Shown here: one piece after another, positions 1-9,184 of the stretch | Numbering within the stretch: position 1 is the first letter of the stretch | How the letters are laid out: each line of letters starts with the position of its first letter | From: a virus | Lineage: Duplodnaviria; Caudoviricetes | IMG/VR virus record: IMGVR_UViG_3300037808_002146 | DNA: 64,000 nucleotides | Reading direction: 5' to 3' (one strand) | Notes under the pieces: generated by a model | Database searches by the model: none | What the model saw: the letters and a program-made list of their open reading frames with translations, nothing else | What the model was told of the DNA's origin: nothing | Made by a program: the position numbers and the translations under genes

Positions 1-66
1 AAAATTTTCATTATAAGACTCCGATACTATAATAATAGAATAGATCTTATATGATAATTTGTTTTT

Positions 67-255
67 TTACAGTTGATTAATTAATTTGGCCAAAGAAGAT
101 ATAGCACCAAACATAGCATTAAAAGCTACTGTTGCGTATATAATTTCAAAAAGACCCGAGACAAAAAAGGCAGCAAAGCTAGCCCATAAAGCCCACCAAA
201 AATCTTTTTCAAAAATACCATAAATAAAAACTAAAACAGCTACACAAACGGCCAT
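67..255 (-). CDS. small membrane protein
   Basis: Hydrophobic 62-aa ORF with AAGGAGG RBS and a sigma70-like promoter directly upstream. Confidence 0.7.
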   Translation of the reverse strand: MAVCVAVLVFIYGIFEKDFWWALWASFAAFFVSGLFEIIYATVAFNAMFGAISSLAKLINQL

Positions 256-276
256 ACCAGACCTCCTTACATTACT

Positions 277-305
277 ATTATATCAAATGTAGGGAATTAT
301 TGCAC
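277..305 (-). promoter_or_regulatory. sigma70-type promoter GTGCAA-N17-TATAAT (extended TG)
   Basis: Minus strand reads GTGCAA taattccctacatttga TATAAT, followed by the RBS; same architecture recurs at 17297, 21179, 43146 and 53803. Confidence 0.7.
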
Positions 306-309
306 GAGT

Positions 310-534
310 TTAGTCTTCTATTCTTAAGTCAGAGGTAAAAAAGTTAGATAAAGTATCGTCATCGTGCTTGACTGTTGCGACTAACTTTTCTTGGCTAGTT
401 CCACCGATCATCCACTGCTTATGCTTCGAGCTAGAGATTTCTAAAATTATACCTGGTCGGTGCATTTGGCGAAAGTGATAAACTCTCATCCCGGGTTTAA
501 AATTCATTCTTTTTCCTTTATATATTTTACCCAA
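310..534 (-). CDS. hypothetical protein (small SH3/KOW-like; probable start at MNFKPG)
   Basis: FKPGMRVYH...GIILEI pattern; same strand as and coupled to neighbours. Confidence 0.55.
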   Translation of the reverse strand: MGKIYKGKRMNFKPGMRVYHFRQMHRPGIILEISSSKHKQWMIGGTSQEKLVATVKHDDDTLSNFFTSDLRIED

Positions 535-872
535 TTAAACCTGGGTCTGTTTTTTAAATAATCAATGTCTAGTTCATTCAAGTGTGCTTCTTTCTCGAAA
601 GGACTTTCTTTATAAGCTTTTGCTCCATCACGGTGTCTTACCAATCCGATAAGCCAAAATATCCCGTACAAAGCCCACTGGCCAAGAAAGAGTAGTTCGA
701 GCTGTTGCTGAAAATGAATTGTTTCGTGACGGCGGGTCGATTCCGAGAGTGACCCTCGACACCAAACCCAAAATCCGAAACTGATTGCCCATATATTAAT
801 AGGAGCAATGTATGATAACAAAACTGGTATTTTAGAATTTTCTATAAACTTTGGTTTTAAACTTTTGAGCAC
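504..872 (-). CDS. HExxH-containing membrane-associated protein (zincin-like)
   Basis: RRHETIH motif plus downstream SPFEKEA and hydrophobic segments. Confidence 0.55.
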   Translation of the reverse strand: MLKSLKPKFIENSKIPVLLSYIAPINIWAISFGFWVWCRGSLSESTRRHETIHFQQQLELLFLGQWALYGIFWLIGLVRHRDGAKAYKESPFEKEAHLNELDIDYLKNRPRFNWVKYIKEKE

Positions 873-1198
873 TATTCTGTCTTCTTTACTTTTAGTGTCG
901 CTTGAACAAGAGCTGATTTTCCGTGATGAGTCATTGTCAAATCTCCAGAAATCTTTTTAGGAATTTTATAAATAACCTCTCTCACAGTATTCGATTTAGC
1001 TCTTTGTTTAAGCGAAGAATTTTGATTTTCTCTTTTCCTAACCTTCATCTCGGATTCAAGTTCCATAGACTTTACATGAACGTTAGCTAACGCCCTATGT
1101 ATCTCAGATATCTTCCTATTATAAGTACTGATGGTTAAAAAAAGCATGCATGTACAACCGATAGCCAGCAATCCAAAAACTATTATTGCATATTCCAT
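872..1198 (-). CDS. hypothetical protein with N-terminal TM and coiled coil
   Basis: ORF track; hydrophobic N-terminus. Confidence 0.55.
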   Translation of the reverse strand: MEYAIIVFGLLAIGCTCMLFLTISTYNRKISEIHRALANVHVKSMELESEMKVRKRENQNSSLKQRAKSNTVREVIYKIPKKISGDLTMTHHGKSALVQATLKVKKTE

Positions 1199-1229
1199 TA
1201 TAAAAATATAATTTGTTATTTACAAACGT

Positions 1230-2074
1230 TTAAGCATTGTTAGACATGTACCTCTCTCCGCGATCGCAAAGTATTGTAACAGTCTTCTCGTAAGCCAAAT
1301 GATTTCTCTCGTACCATTCAGCTGCTAAAACGTTCGCGGCACCCGATATTCCCACAGGAATTCCTAGCTCTTTAGATAATGTTTTTGATTTTTTTATAGC
1401 GTCTACTGTTTTTATTTCAGCGATGTGAGTCGCTAAATCTTTATCGAATAAGTAGTCAGCGCCATCACCTACACCTTGAATTCCATGTTCTTTTTCGAGT
1501 GGTTTCATAAATACCAGTTGCGTAGCTAGATTTTTTTCATTAATGTATTTTTGTATCCCCATTATTGTACCACCGGTTCCAGCCCCAGATACGAATGCGC
1601 CCCAAGAAAGATTTTTTTTAGACAGCTGTTTGTGAATTTCCGTTGCAGTTGTCTCGTAGTGACACTCAATATTTAATGGATTCTCGAATTGATTAGGAGA
1701 CCAGCAGCCTTTAGCGACCATTTGATTCCTTAACTCTATCGCACCTTTAAAGTCGTGTGGAGCTACTTCTATTATTTCCGCTCCGAATAGCTTCATCATT
1801 TGTTTTCGTTCTTCCGACATATTAGAAGGCATAATGATCTTAACACGATGGCCTAAGTGAGATCCTATAGCTGATAAGCTATCCCAGTGTTACCAGAAGT
1901 CGCTTCAACCATAACCATACTAGGCCTGAGATCATCTAGTTCTAGCGCTTTCCTTACAATATAAGAAACAACCCTATCTTTAATCGATCCAGTCGGGTTG
2001 TAAGTCTCAAGTTTTGCAAGGATTCCGGAAGATAGTTCTATAAGCGGTGTATTACCAATTAAGTCTTTTAGCAT
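1230..2074 (-). pseudogene. cysK: cysteine synthase (PLP-dependent CysK/CysM), interrupted by a 1-nt frameshift near 1875
   Basis: IGNTPL, KLETYNPTGSIKDR and EATSGNTGIA lie in ORF 1865-2074; QFENPLN, GAGTGGT, GIQGVG and TILCDRGERY lie in ORF 1230-1832; one extra T restores IALSAIGSHLGHRVKIIMPSNMS. Confidence 0.85.
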
Positions 2075-2077
2075 ACT

Positions 2078-4270
2078 CTAGAGTTTGATTCTATCAACAA
2101 TATGAGCTGAAGAGTAGCTTAGCTCTCTATAAAGTTTCTTGATAACAGCTTTTGTTATCTCTCCAATCTCGTTTTGAGTCGCTTTATCTTTAAACATCTT
2201 CTCTACTTCTTTCTGGATAGTGGTGCTGACGAATTTGTTGATCTTACCAGGTTCTCCAATAAATGAGACTCCAAGAGCTTTTTTTAATTCTTTATTGAAT
2301 TCTGCTTGAAAAACTTTTTGGGTTGCTTTTTTATTCGATGTACCCTCAATCTCTTTTGCAATCATACGCTTGATCTCAGATTTATCTGCGCCTGTAAGTT
2401 CTTCAATGATTAGGCGCGCCTTCGCTTCTGAAACCTGATTTTCTAATATTTCACTTATAATACTCTTGACATGTCTTTGGATTCCAGCAGCAAGCCGCTT
2501 TAGTTCTTCTGGCGTAGCTTTTCTGTCTATTCCAGATTCAGGAATAGAGAAGCGTTTCCGAACCGAAGGCTGAAGCTTCACAGAGGCTGACTTTTCAACA
2601 GACTTATCCTGATCTCCTGGAGTCTCTACTTGAACTGAGGCAGAAAAGACTTCTTCTTTGTACTTAAAAAATTTATCTGCCTTAGCTGTTGGGTGAATCT
2701 TTAACTGAGGTGGATGCCCTTGTTTGCTCGTTCTTGTTTCAATCTGAAACGCGACTTGGCCCTGATACAAAATGTCAAAAGTATATGTGGTATCATCATC
2801 ATATCTAGGCTCTATCGTAAACTCGCTAGGCTTCCCAATCATTCTTGTGACGGTGAGGCTGACGTTATATGTCGGTACGGTTGTAGAGATCTTGTCAGGA
2901 CTACTGCTGTAATTAAAGAAATAGACAGGGGTGCCTTCTTCTTTAAAGAACCTTCTCACTAAATCCAGGAAGCCTTTGTCAATCTTATTCTTCACTAAGA
3001 AGTCTATGAATTTCTTCCTGTTATTTTGTTCGCCATAGGTCGTAAACATCCTAAGCTCTACACTTTTAGTTTTAAACTCTCCTTCTCTAGAACCAGACTT
3101 AACTTTCTTCTGTATTTTCTTGCCTTGGGCGTCGATTTTTACATTACCGGTATCATCCAATTCGTAATCAGGTTCAAGGTAATCAGCCAGGTGTTTGATC
3201 TTAGGGACTCCCTCAGGGGCAGGTCCGATTTCAGGTCCGCCGGCGACTTTGACTGCGCTTTTTATCTGTTCCATGACTTCCGGATGGGCCCTTAAGAACG
3301 CATTTCTCGCTATTTTGAATTGATTAGCAACTGGCATCGCCATTCGCTCAGCTTCCGGGATGTCACTCATTAGGTCGTTACCGGTCAGTTTATCTTTTTT
3401 GTCTTGTGTTTGCTGAAAACCTATCAGTCTGTCGTCATCGTTAAACTTTACGTGAACGTCTGCGGTAATACCTTCGGCACCTCCATCAGAAGACAAATAT
3501 ACATCGACAGGAGCCTGTTTACTAACCACATTGCCCGCGATTCCCGTCCCTGCTTCAGGCATACCGCCACGGGCCCGCCTTGTGAGATCAGCCATGACTT
3601 CGTACATGGCATCTACAAGACCTTTCTGCCTAGAGTCATAACTAGCGTACTTCGTTTTGGCGGCGGAAGCTGTATCGTTTCTAGCCGTTTCTATCGTAGA
3701 AGAACCACCTAAACCCTGGATGCATGCATGCTCTGCAAAGATGCCGATAGCGTCGTTATTTAATACATCATCTTCTGGGGTTTTACCCTTGTTTCTTCCT
3801 TGAATTAATTCAAAATCCTGGCCATTAACTCTTATCTTTTTAAAGGGCTTGGTTGGATCAGGGTGCCCAACGTCGAAACCTTTATCTTTTAGAATGTCAA
3901 ATATATTATTTCTTAGACCGCGTGAACCTAAATTAGTAATCCTTGCTATACTTGCTTTGTCTGGATCTTTGATAGGTTGAAGAGCTGCGTCTTGGTAAGT
4001 AGAATTCTGAACGAGCGCAGTTAGTACCTTGTTCACAACACTCATATCCACTTTTTCAGATAAAAAGTCCTTAACCAAGACCCGCATAATGTCTTCATTG
4101 ATCTCTTCGCCGTAATCTTCGTCAGACTCATGAGCCCAAGCCATGGCCGCGTCGTACTGTTTTTTAGATTTGTAACAGCGTTTGGTACCATTTTTCTTAA
4201 TAGTCTGGTATTTGCCTTTTGAGCCGTCTGATTGGGTGCAATCTTTCTTACCTTTAGATTTATATGGCAT
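2078..4270 (-). CDS. 730-aa mosaic hypothetical protein (probable virion/head protein)
   Basis: Long ORF; basic N-terminal module, central globular region, C-terminal helical module after IISEILE/IIEE. Confidence 0.75.
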   Translation of the reverse strand: MPYKSKGKKDCTQSDGSKGKYQTIKKNGTKRCYKSKKQYDAAMAWAHESDEDYGEEINEDIMRVLVKDFLSEKVDMSVVNKVLTALVQNSTYQDAALQPIKDPDKASIARITNLGSRGLRNNIFDILKDKGFDVGHPDPTKPFKKIRVNGQDFELIQGRNKGKTPEDDVLNNDAIGIFAEHACIQGLGGSSTIETARNDTASAAKTKYASYDSRQKGLVDAMYEVMADLTRRARGGMPEAGTGIAGNVVSKQAPVDVYLSSDGGAEGITADVHVKFNDDDRLIGFQQTQDKKDKLTGNDLMSDIPEAERMAMPVANQFKIARNAFLRAHPEVMEQIKSAVKVAGGPEIGPAPEGVPKIKHLADYLEPDYELDDTGNVKIDAQGKKIQKKVKSGSREGEFKTKSVELRMFTTYGEQNNRKKFIDFLVKNKIDKGFLDLVRRFFKEEGTPVYFFNYSSSPDKISTTVPTYNVSLTVTRMIGKPSEFTIEPRYDDDTTYTFDILYQGQVAFQIETRTSKQGHPPQLKIHPTAKADKFFKYKEEVFSASVQVETPGDQDKSVEKSASVKLQPSVRKRFSIPESGIDRKATPEELKRLAAGIQRHVKSIISEILENQVSEAKARLIIEELTGADKSEIKRMIAKEIEGTSNKKATQKVFQAEFNKELKKALGVSFIGEPGKINKFVSTTIQKEVEKMFKDKATQNEIGEITKAVIKKLYRELSYSSAHIVDRIKL

Positions 4271-4338
4271 CTAATATCTCCAATGTTGATCTATTTTAAT
4301 CTAATTATTTAATAAATTAATCGATATCAAGTGTTTTT

Positions 4339-4659
4339 TCAATTTTCTTCGTGATGACAGCAATCATGTTCTAGTTTCTTGTCACTCTTTTTTATCTTTA
4401 TCCACCAAGACCAAAGAAGCGGGACCATAAGCCAGTGGAGACAGATAATCCAAGCTACAGGAATCCCTGTAAAGAATATGGGGTGAACATAGTTTCCAAG
4501 CAGCGCAAATATTGCTGGAAATATTACATCTTCTATTATTTCCCACCCAACAATAATCACAACTAACACTAAGCCATGCTCTCTAAATGTTTCTTTAATG
4601 CTAGACCAGCTAAAGTGACCCCATTTATGCTTCAGTCTTTCTTTAGCCCATTTGATCAT
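4339..4659 (-). CDS. membrane protein
   Basis: 2-3 hydrophobic helices; overlaps the upstream gene. Confidence 0.65.
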   Translation of the reverse strand: MIKWAKERLKHKWGHFSWSSIKETFREHGLVLVVIIVGWEIIEDVIFPAIFALLGNYVHPIFFTGIPVAWIICLHWLMVPLLWSWWIKIKKSDKKLEHDCCHHEEN

Positions 4660-6202
4660 ATACTAATTTATCTTGTGGCGTGTCACCGCCCAAGCCTTCC
4701 TTTATTTGCGAATATAGGGATTCAGCAACTTCTCTGCCGTACTCTATATCAGTGGGAAAATGAACTCCCCTGTCTACCCTAGATTGGGAAATCACTTCTG
4801 CTATTTTGACTAGATTTTCTTCGTGCTCTGGAAACTGGCTACTTAACATCTTTGCCACTACGTAGGCCTGAATCGTATGGCCGCTTGGGTATGATGGCGA
4901 TTGAGCTGACTCAAGTTTATCGCCAGAAAAATCTACGCCCATACTTGATGCTAACGCTACAGGCCGGGGTCTATCGTAGTAATCTTTCAGTTTTATAATA
5001 AAAGGTTTTAAACTGCCAATCAGCATATCGTAGTAGTCTACGTTATATGTTTTGCCTTTGGATTCTAAGAATATTTGAAATAGTTTATCGAAGCTTTCAT
5101 CGCACATTTTTTGTAGTTTGTTCGAAACTTTTCTTTTTTGATATTGCGCCACAACAGTTGCTAGATCTTTTGCTTGCTCTTCGACAGACAACGGGTAACT
5201 CTTATGCTCGAAATAGTATTTCCCAGATGGAATAACTGAGATGGATTCTCCTATCAATCTATCTAAAGACTCTTTAACAGTTGGATCGTTTTTCCCAGTG
5301 TCTGCTTCTTCCTTTTCCTCTTCTGGGTTTTCTATCTTTTTTACAAATGCTTTTATTGGATTTGCAACAACTGCCCACACCACTTTAATTCCGCCAAATA
5401 TTTTCCCTAAAAACTTGAAGAGAGTTACTATTCCACCAGAGACTGCCCCCGCTATCGCATCAACGGCTAACCCTTTTATAAAATCAGCGCCTATACTCTT
5501 TGCAGCAAGTTTAACTTTCTCTATCATCTTTTTTAATTCAGACGAATTTTCGCTCGACATGCCGGGAACACTTTCTGATTCCTCTTTTAGTAAAGAGCTG
5601 TCATATAGAGATGAAACTAAACTCAATTTAGCAACATAAGACTCGCTTAATCCAGACTTTATTTTTTCAACAAGGTCAAAATCTAAAAGCTCTGCGTCTT
5701 CGAGTTTGTCCCATACAAATTTAACTCCAACGGAGGCTGCTATTGCGAATAGAACTTTTTTCCACCCATCGATACTTTTGACTTTCTCATAAGCAGCCAC
5801 TACAGCACTTTTTATTTTTTCGATAAAGGTGACCAACACTTCAGCAGGTTTAAACTTACTTAAGAGATTTTTTCCAATATCGAGAATATTCTTCATCCAC
5901 TCTATTAGCTTGTCGTATTTTTTGTCAACTATTTTCATTACTTCGCTAACAAAAATTTTAATCCTAGAAGCATCTTCCATTACATACCGCATAGCTAAAC
6001 CCGCGGTTTTCATATCGCCTGCTAGCTCTTTAAAGCTGTCGAAAAAACCTTCGAGTAAAAGTTGCTCCTCTATTATTCTTTGCCTTAACCCTGAGGAATA
6101 TGGCGTAGATTCATTGAGGGGAATCTTAATCCCTAATACGCCTGTAACATAGCTGTGTTCGAATATTTTTGGAGAAAACTTATTGATAATTAAAGAACTC
6201 AT
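4643..6202 (-). CDS. N-terminal helical domain fused to a C-terminal PAP2/acid phosphatase-haloperoxidase domain
   Basis: PAP2 signature KDYYDRPRP, SYPSGH and SRVDRGVHFPTD in the last ~200 aa. Confidence 0.8.
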   Translation of the reverse strand: MSSLIINKFSPKIFEHSYVTGVLGIKIPLNESTPYSSGLRQRIIEEQLLLEGFFDSFKELAGDMKTAGLAMRYVMEDASRIKIFVSEVMKIVDKKYDKLIEWMKNILDIGKNLLSKFKPAEVLVTFIEKIKSAVVAAYEKVKSIDGWKKVLFAIAASVGVKFVWDKLEDAELLDFDLVEKIKSGLSESYVAKLSLVSSLYDSSLLKEESESVPGMSSENSSELKKMIEKVKLAAKSIGADFIKGLAVDAIAGAVSGGIVTLFKFLGKIFGGIKVVWAVVANPIKAFVKKIENPEEEKEEADTGKNDPTVKESLDRLIGESISVIPSGKYYFEHKSYPLSVEEQAKDLATVVAQYQKRKVSNKLQKMCDESFDKLFQIFLESKGKTYNVDYYDMLIGSLKPFIIKLKDYYDRPRPVALASSMGVDFSGDKLESAQSPSYPSGHTIQAYVVAKMLSSQFPEHEENLVKIAEVISQSRVDRGVHFPTDIEYGREVAESLYSQIKEGLGGDTPQDKLVYDQMG

Positions 6203-6208
6203 GCTATA

Positions 6209-7018
6209 CTAACCCGCTTCCTTGATACTAAGTATTCTGACTGGAGTCGCAATATACTCATTCCACAGAGAAGTTCGAACTTCACTGTCACATGAATCCA
6301 GTTCTCTGCAAATATTATCTTGATCTCGACCCGGATACTCTAACCGATGCATGTTACAAGCTCGTCTGCCAGTGTCAACTGCTACTGACTTAATGTCACT
6401 TCTAAAGCCTCCACGGACGTTACCTACTAGTTCTATCACCAAGTTAGACTCTGGGCGGAAGAAGGGACGTTCTGCAACCGTGAAGCATGATATATCGAAA
6501 GGGTGGCCTGAATCAATGGCTGCCTGGATTCTTTCTACTCCCGTCTGAGTTGTATAGTGACTCAAGCGCTTTTGGTTATTTAGACCACCATAAATCTGAG
6601 TGGTAAACTCTTCATCCATTAGCGCATAAGGCTCAAGATCGCCACGAGAATAAAAATAAGCAAACTTCAATTTACTTATATCGGGAAAGTAACTACCAAA
6701 CTCTCGATCTAATCCCCAAAATCGGTGGTTGGCAAAGTCCTCGATGAAGTCTAGAATGTTCTTCTGAGTTAGGAGATCATATCTCTCTACCTCTGTATTA
6801 TATTGAAAACCAAAATATTCATCGATTATCTGAAGTAGTCTCTGATTTAAACTCTGGCCTCCGCGAGTATCGACACCTTGCTTTTGAAGTTCTAGTAATT
6901 CTTCTACCACGAGCTCCCATTGCAAAAGTGTATGAAAAGAGGAAGACGGTTTAATGTATCCAAGCACTCTCGTCTTCTCATTCAGTAACCCTCTTATGTA
7001 TTCACGGAGTAGATTCAT
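6209..7018 (-). CDS. leader-tagged (MNLLREYI) hypothetical protein
   Basis: N-terminus MNLLREYIRGLLNE; 269-aa ORF. Confidence 0.75.
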   Translation of the reverse strand: MNLLREYIRGLLNEKTRVLGYIKPSSSFHTLLQWELVVEELLELQKQGVDTRGGQSLNQRLLQIIDEYFGFQYNTEVERYDLLTQKNILDFIEDFANHRFWGLDREFGSYFPDISKLKFAYFYSRGDLEPYALMDEEFTTQIYGGLNNQKRLSHYTTQTGVERIQAAIDSGHPFDISCFTVAERPFFRPESNLVIELVGNVRGGFRSDIKSVAVDTGRRACNMHRLEYPGRDQDNICRELDSCDSEVRTSLWNEYIATPVRILSIKEAG

Positions 7019-7632
7019 TTTTCTATTAGCCTTCCTGCTGCGCGCAGCTTATTTAAAGTTGTTGGCGGCTTAGTATATCGTTTACTGAGAGGTGATTGAT
7101 CCCACTTATCTCCGTATGTGTTGATTGTTTTTGACTGCAAGCAATCGTCTTCTTCGATGTCTGGCGTGAGCTTCTGGACATTTAGGTCAGTATAATAAGC
7201 AGCTTCTATGTCAGTTAAGTCCAGCTGGTATGATTGAACATCTCCTCTGTCATTGAAGTAATAGCTCCAAACATTTTGAGCTGCATTTGAAACTGATCTT
7301 CTGTCGGGTGTTAGACCGCCGCCGTCTTGCGTAGCAACTTCCATTGCAACATCATAAAGCATAGGACCCCAACCCTTTGTCGCCATGGTAGACACTACAA
7401 TGAATGCGCCGTCGCATGGGCCGGTTCCTTTGGAAGCGCGGTCAATGGTGACCTCGCCGTAGACGCCTCTGTACCCGTCTTTTGGTTCGCCATTTTTGTC
7501 TGAATAATATATAGTGTAGTCAGTAAGTTCGTCTTTGGAAACAGTGACGTATATGTCTTTTTCGACTAGCGCATCTACGCCTAAGGCGGCTTCCTTCAGT
7601 AACTCACTTATGTACTCGCGGAGTAGACTCAT
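7015..7632 (-). CDS. leader-tagged protein, possible GNAT-like fold; paralog of 10086-10664
   Basis: MSLLREYISELLKE leader; GWGPMLYDVAMEVAT...GLTPDRRSVS..AQNVW. Confidence 0.75.
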   Translation of the reverse strand: MSLLREYISELLKEAALGVDALVEKDIYVTVSKDELTDYTIYYSDKNGEPKDGYRGVYGEVTIDRASKGTGPCDGAFIVVSTMATKGWGPMLYDVAMEVATQDGGGLTPDRRSVSNAAQNVWSYYFNDRGDVQSYQLDLTDIEAAYYTDLNVQKLTPDIEEDDCLQSKTINTYGDKWDQSPLSKRYTKPPTTLNKLRAAGRLIEK

Positions 7633-7633
7633 T

Positions 7634-7936
7634 TTAGTAACCGGCTTTTCCTCTAACGCCTACGTCCATGTCGCCGTAAGTGGTCTGTAGCTGCTCGCGA
7701 GATCTTACACGTCGGTCAGGAATCTCCTCCATTCCTGAGCCATCTTCGTAGCCTCGATCATAAGAAGCCATTAATTCCTCATCGCCATCGATCCAGTCAT
7801 GATAACTACCGGCGTCATACCCTTCCTCTGCATCTGTAGCACCAGAATCATATGCACTCACAATTTGATCCTCACGATCACGATTGCGGATCGATTCTCG
7901 AATAACTCTTCTTAGCTGGCGTTTGGTGATTCTCAT
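7634..7936 (-). CDS. leader-tagged (MRITKRQL) acidic hypothetical protein
   Basis: Leader plus YDxGYEDG-like motifs. Confidence 0.75.
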   Translation of the reverse strand: MRITKRQLRRVIRESIRNRDREDQIVSAYDSGATDAEEGYDAGSYHDWIDGDEELMASYDRGYEDGSGMEEIPDRRVRSREQLQTTYGDMDVGVRGKAGY

Positions 7937-8265
7937 TAGAGTACTCCTTTTAAAATCTGTTTCCAGGAAGCAGGCATATTGTCTGGCGATGTGCCTTCGT
8001 ATACCTCTTCGCGTTCGATGAAACTGTGATCTGCATGCGGATCATTCATACTATCTCTTTCTCCAGCTTTTTTTCCCGCCATATAATCTGGATCTTCTAA
8101 GCTACTCATAGATACGGGCATTTTCCCTTCTAGTCCATCAGTATAGCCCATGGAATTCATACGGTCTTTCCAGCTCTGACGTTTTGTAACGTCTGGAATC
8201 TCATTGCCCGCCTTGTCAATAGCTTCGCGAATAATTCTTTGAAGTTGTCTCTTTGTTATTTTCAT
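7936..8265 (-). CDS. leader-tagged (MKITKRQL) hypothetical protein
   Basis: Leader; GYTDG...DYMAG motif resembling the neighbouring ORF. Confidence 0.75.
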   Translation of the reverse strand: MKITKRQLQRIIREAIDKAGNEIPDVTKRQSWKDRMNSMGYTDGLEGKMPVSMSSLEDPDYMAGKKAGERDSMNDPHADHSFIEREEVYEGTSPDNMPASWKQILKGVL

Positions 8266-8882
8266 TATGCTCCACCCATCCTAGTCACTGCGGCAACAAT
8301 ATCTTCGTAAGTAAATTCGCCTGGATAACTTGCTAACGCATCATCGATAGCTTGCTGATTTCCATCTTGCATCATAGGCGCATCTAAACTGTATCCCATT
8401 TCACGTGCGGCTGCTAACGCACCTTTTGGATCTGGATTTGATGGGGGTTTTCCATAACTACCACCCAAGGCAATTGCATGCTTGCCAGAGATAGGTGGGC
8501 CAGCAGTCTGGCTTTCATTAATGGTTTGTCGAATGATTCTTCTTAATCGTCTCTTTGTGATTCTCATTTTAGATTCCCCTAGTTCGCTTGGTACTTTATT
8601 TAATGTGCCAGGTGCCCAATGCTGGCGTACTGATTCTAGATCAGCTGGGTCTGCATCACTTCCATTGTATGCGTACGGATCGGGTGCTAGCAGTATTTCT
8701 ACAGGGACGGCACCTTCTCCACCATAACCGCTGTCATAAGCTTGCTGCGCGCCGGCTTCATTACTCCACCAAATTGGAGTCCGTGTTTTCTGAGATTTTG
8801 CAAGTGTACCATCGAGGCCGAGTAGAAACCAGCCTTTAGATTCTTTAATGATTCTTCTTAGCTGTCGTTTTGTGATTTTCAT
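8265..8882 (-). CDS. leader-tagged protein with a second internal leader (two fused modules)
   Basis: MKITKRQLRRIIKES at the start and LGESKMRITKRRLRRIIRQTINES internally. Confidence 0.75.
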   Translation of the reverse strand: MKITKRQLRRIIKESKGWFLLGLDGTLAKSQKTRTPIWWSNEAGAQQAYDSGYGGEGAVPVEILLAPDPYAYNGSDADPADLESVRQHWAPGTLNKVPSELGESKMRITKRRLRRIIRQTINESQTAGPPISGKHAIALGGSYGKPPSNPDPKGALAAAREMGYSLDAPMMQDGNQQAIDDALASYPGEFTYEDIVAAVTRMGGA

Positions 8883-9172
8883 AAAGTTTGTCCCGCGTTT
8901 TTTGCCTTTGCCTTTAGGGCTGAAAGAAAATGTCGAATTAATTCTAGCTGTCGAGCCGTCACCGTTTCATCCGCAGTATAATCATCTACGTCAGCTACAA
9001 AATTTTGAATCTCATACCACAAGTCTTTTGGAATTGATATAGAATCTCCTGTCGAACTTGGATCGGGGCCACCGACAGATGCGTACGGATCGTCGGGAGG
9101 GATTTGCTCATTGAGCAGTCTCTGCTTCTCTTCTCGAATGATTCTTCTTAGTTGCCTCTTTGTGATTTTCAT
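8879..9172 (-). CDS. leader-tagged (MKITKRQL) hypothetical protein
   Basis: MKITKRQLRRIIREEKQRLLNE. Confidence 0.75.
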   Translation of the reverse strand: MKITKRQLRRIIREEKQRLLNEQIPPDDPYASVGGPDPSSTGDSISIPKDLWYEIQNFVADVDDYTADETVTARQLELIRHFLSALKAKAKNAGQTL

Positions 9173-9184
9173 ACTATCCTTTTT

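Noticed and set aside
1-11. Gene start at the left edge (ATG AAA ATT on the minus strand)
   Set aside because: Only three codons are visible, too little to call.
1197-1225. TTGTAA-N17-TATAAT promoter
   Set aside because: Its -10 overlaps the ATG of ORF 872-1198, so it could not transcribe that start; left unassigned.
1865-1867. TAG read-through or alternative genetic code explaining the split cysK
   Set aside because: Reading through the TAG gives non-CysK sequence and another TAG; homology continues in a different frame. TAG and TGA end many other genes normally.
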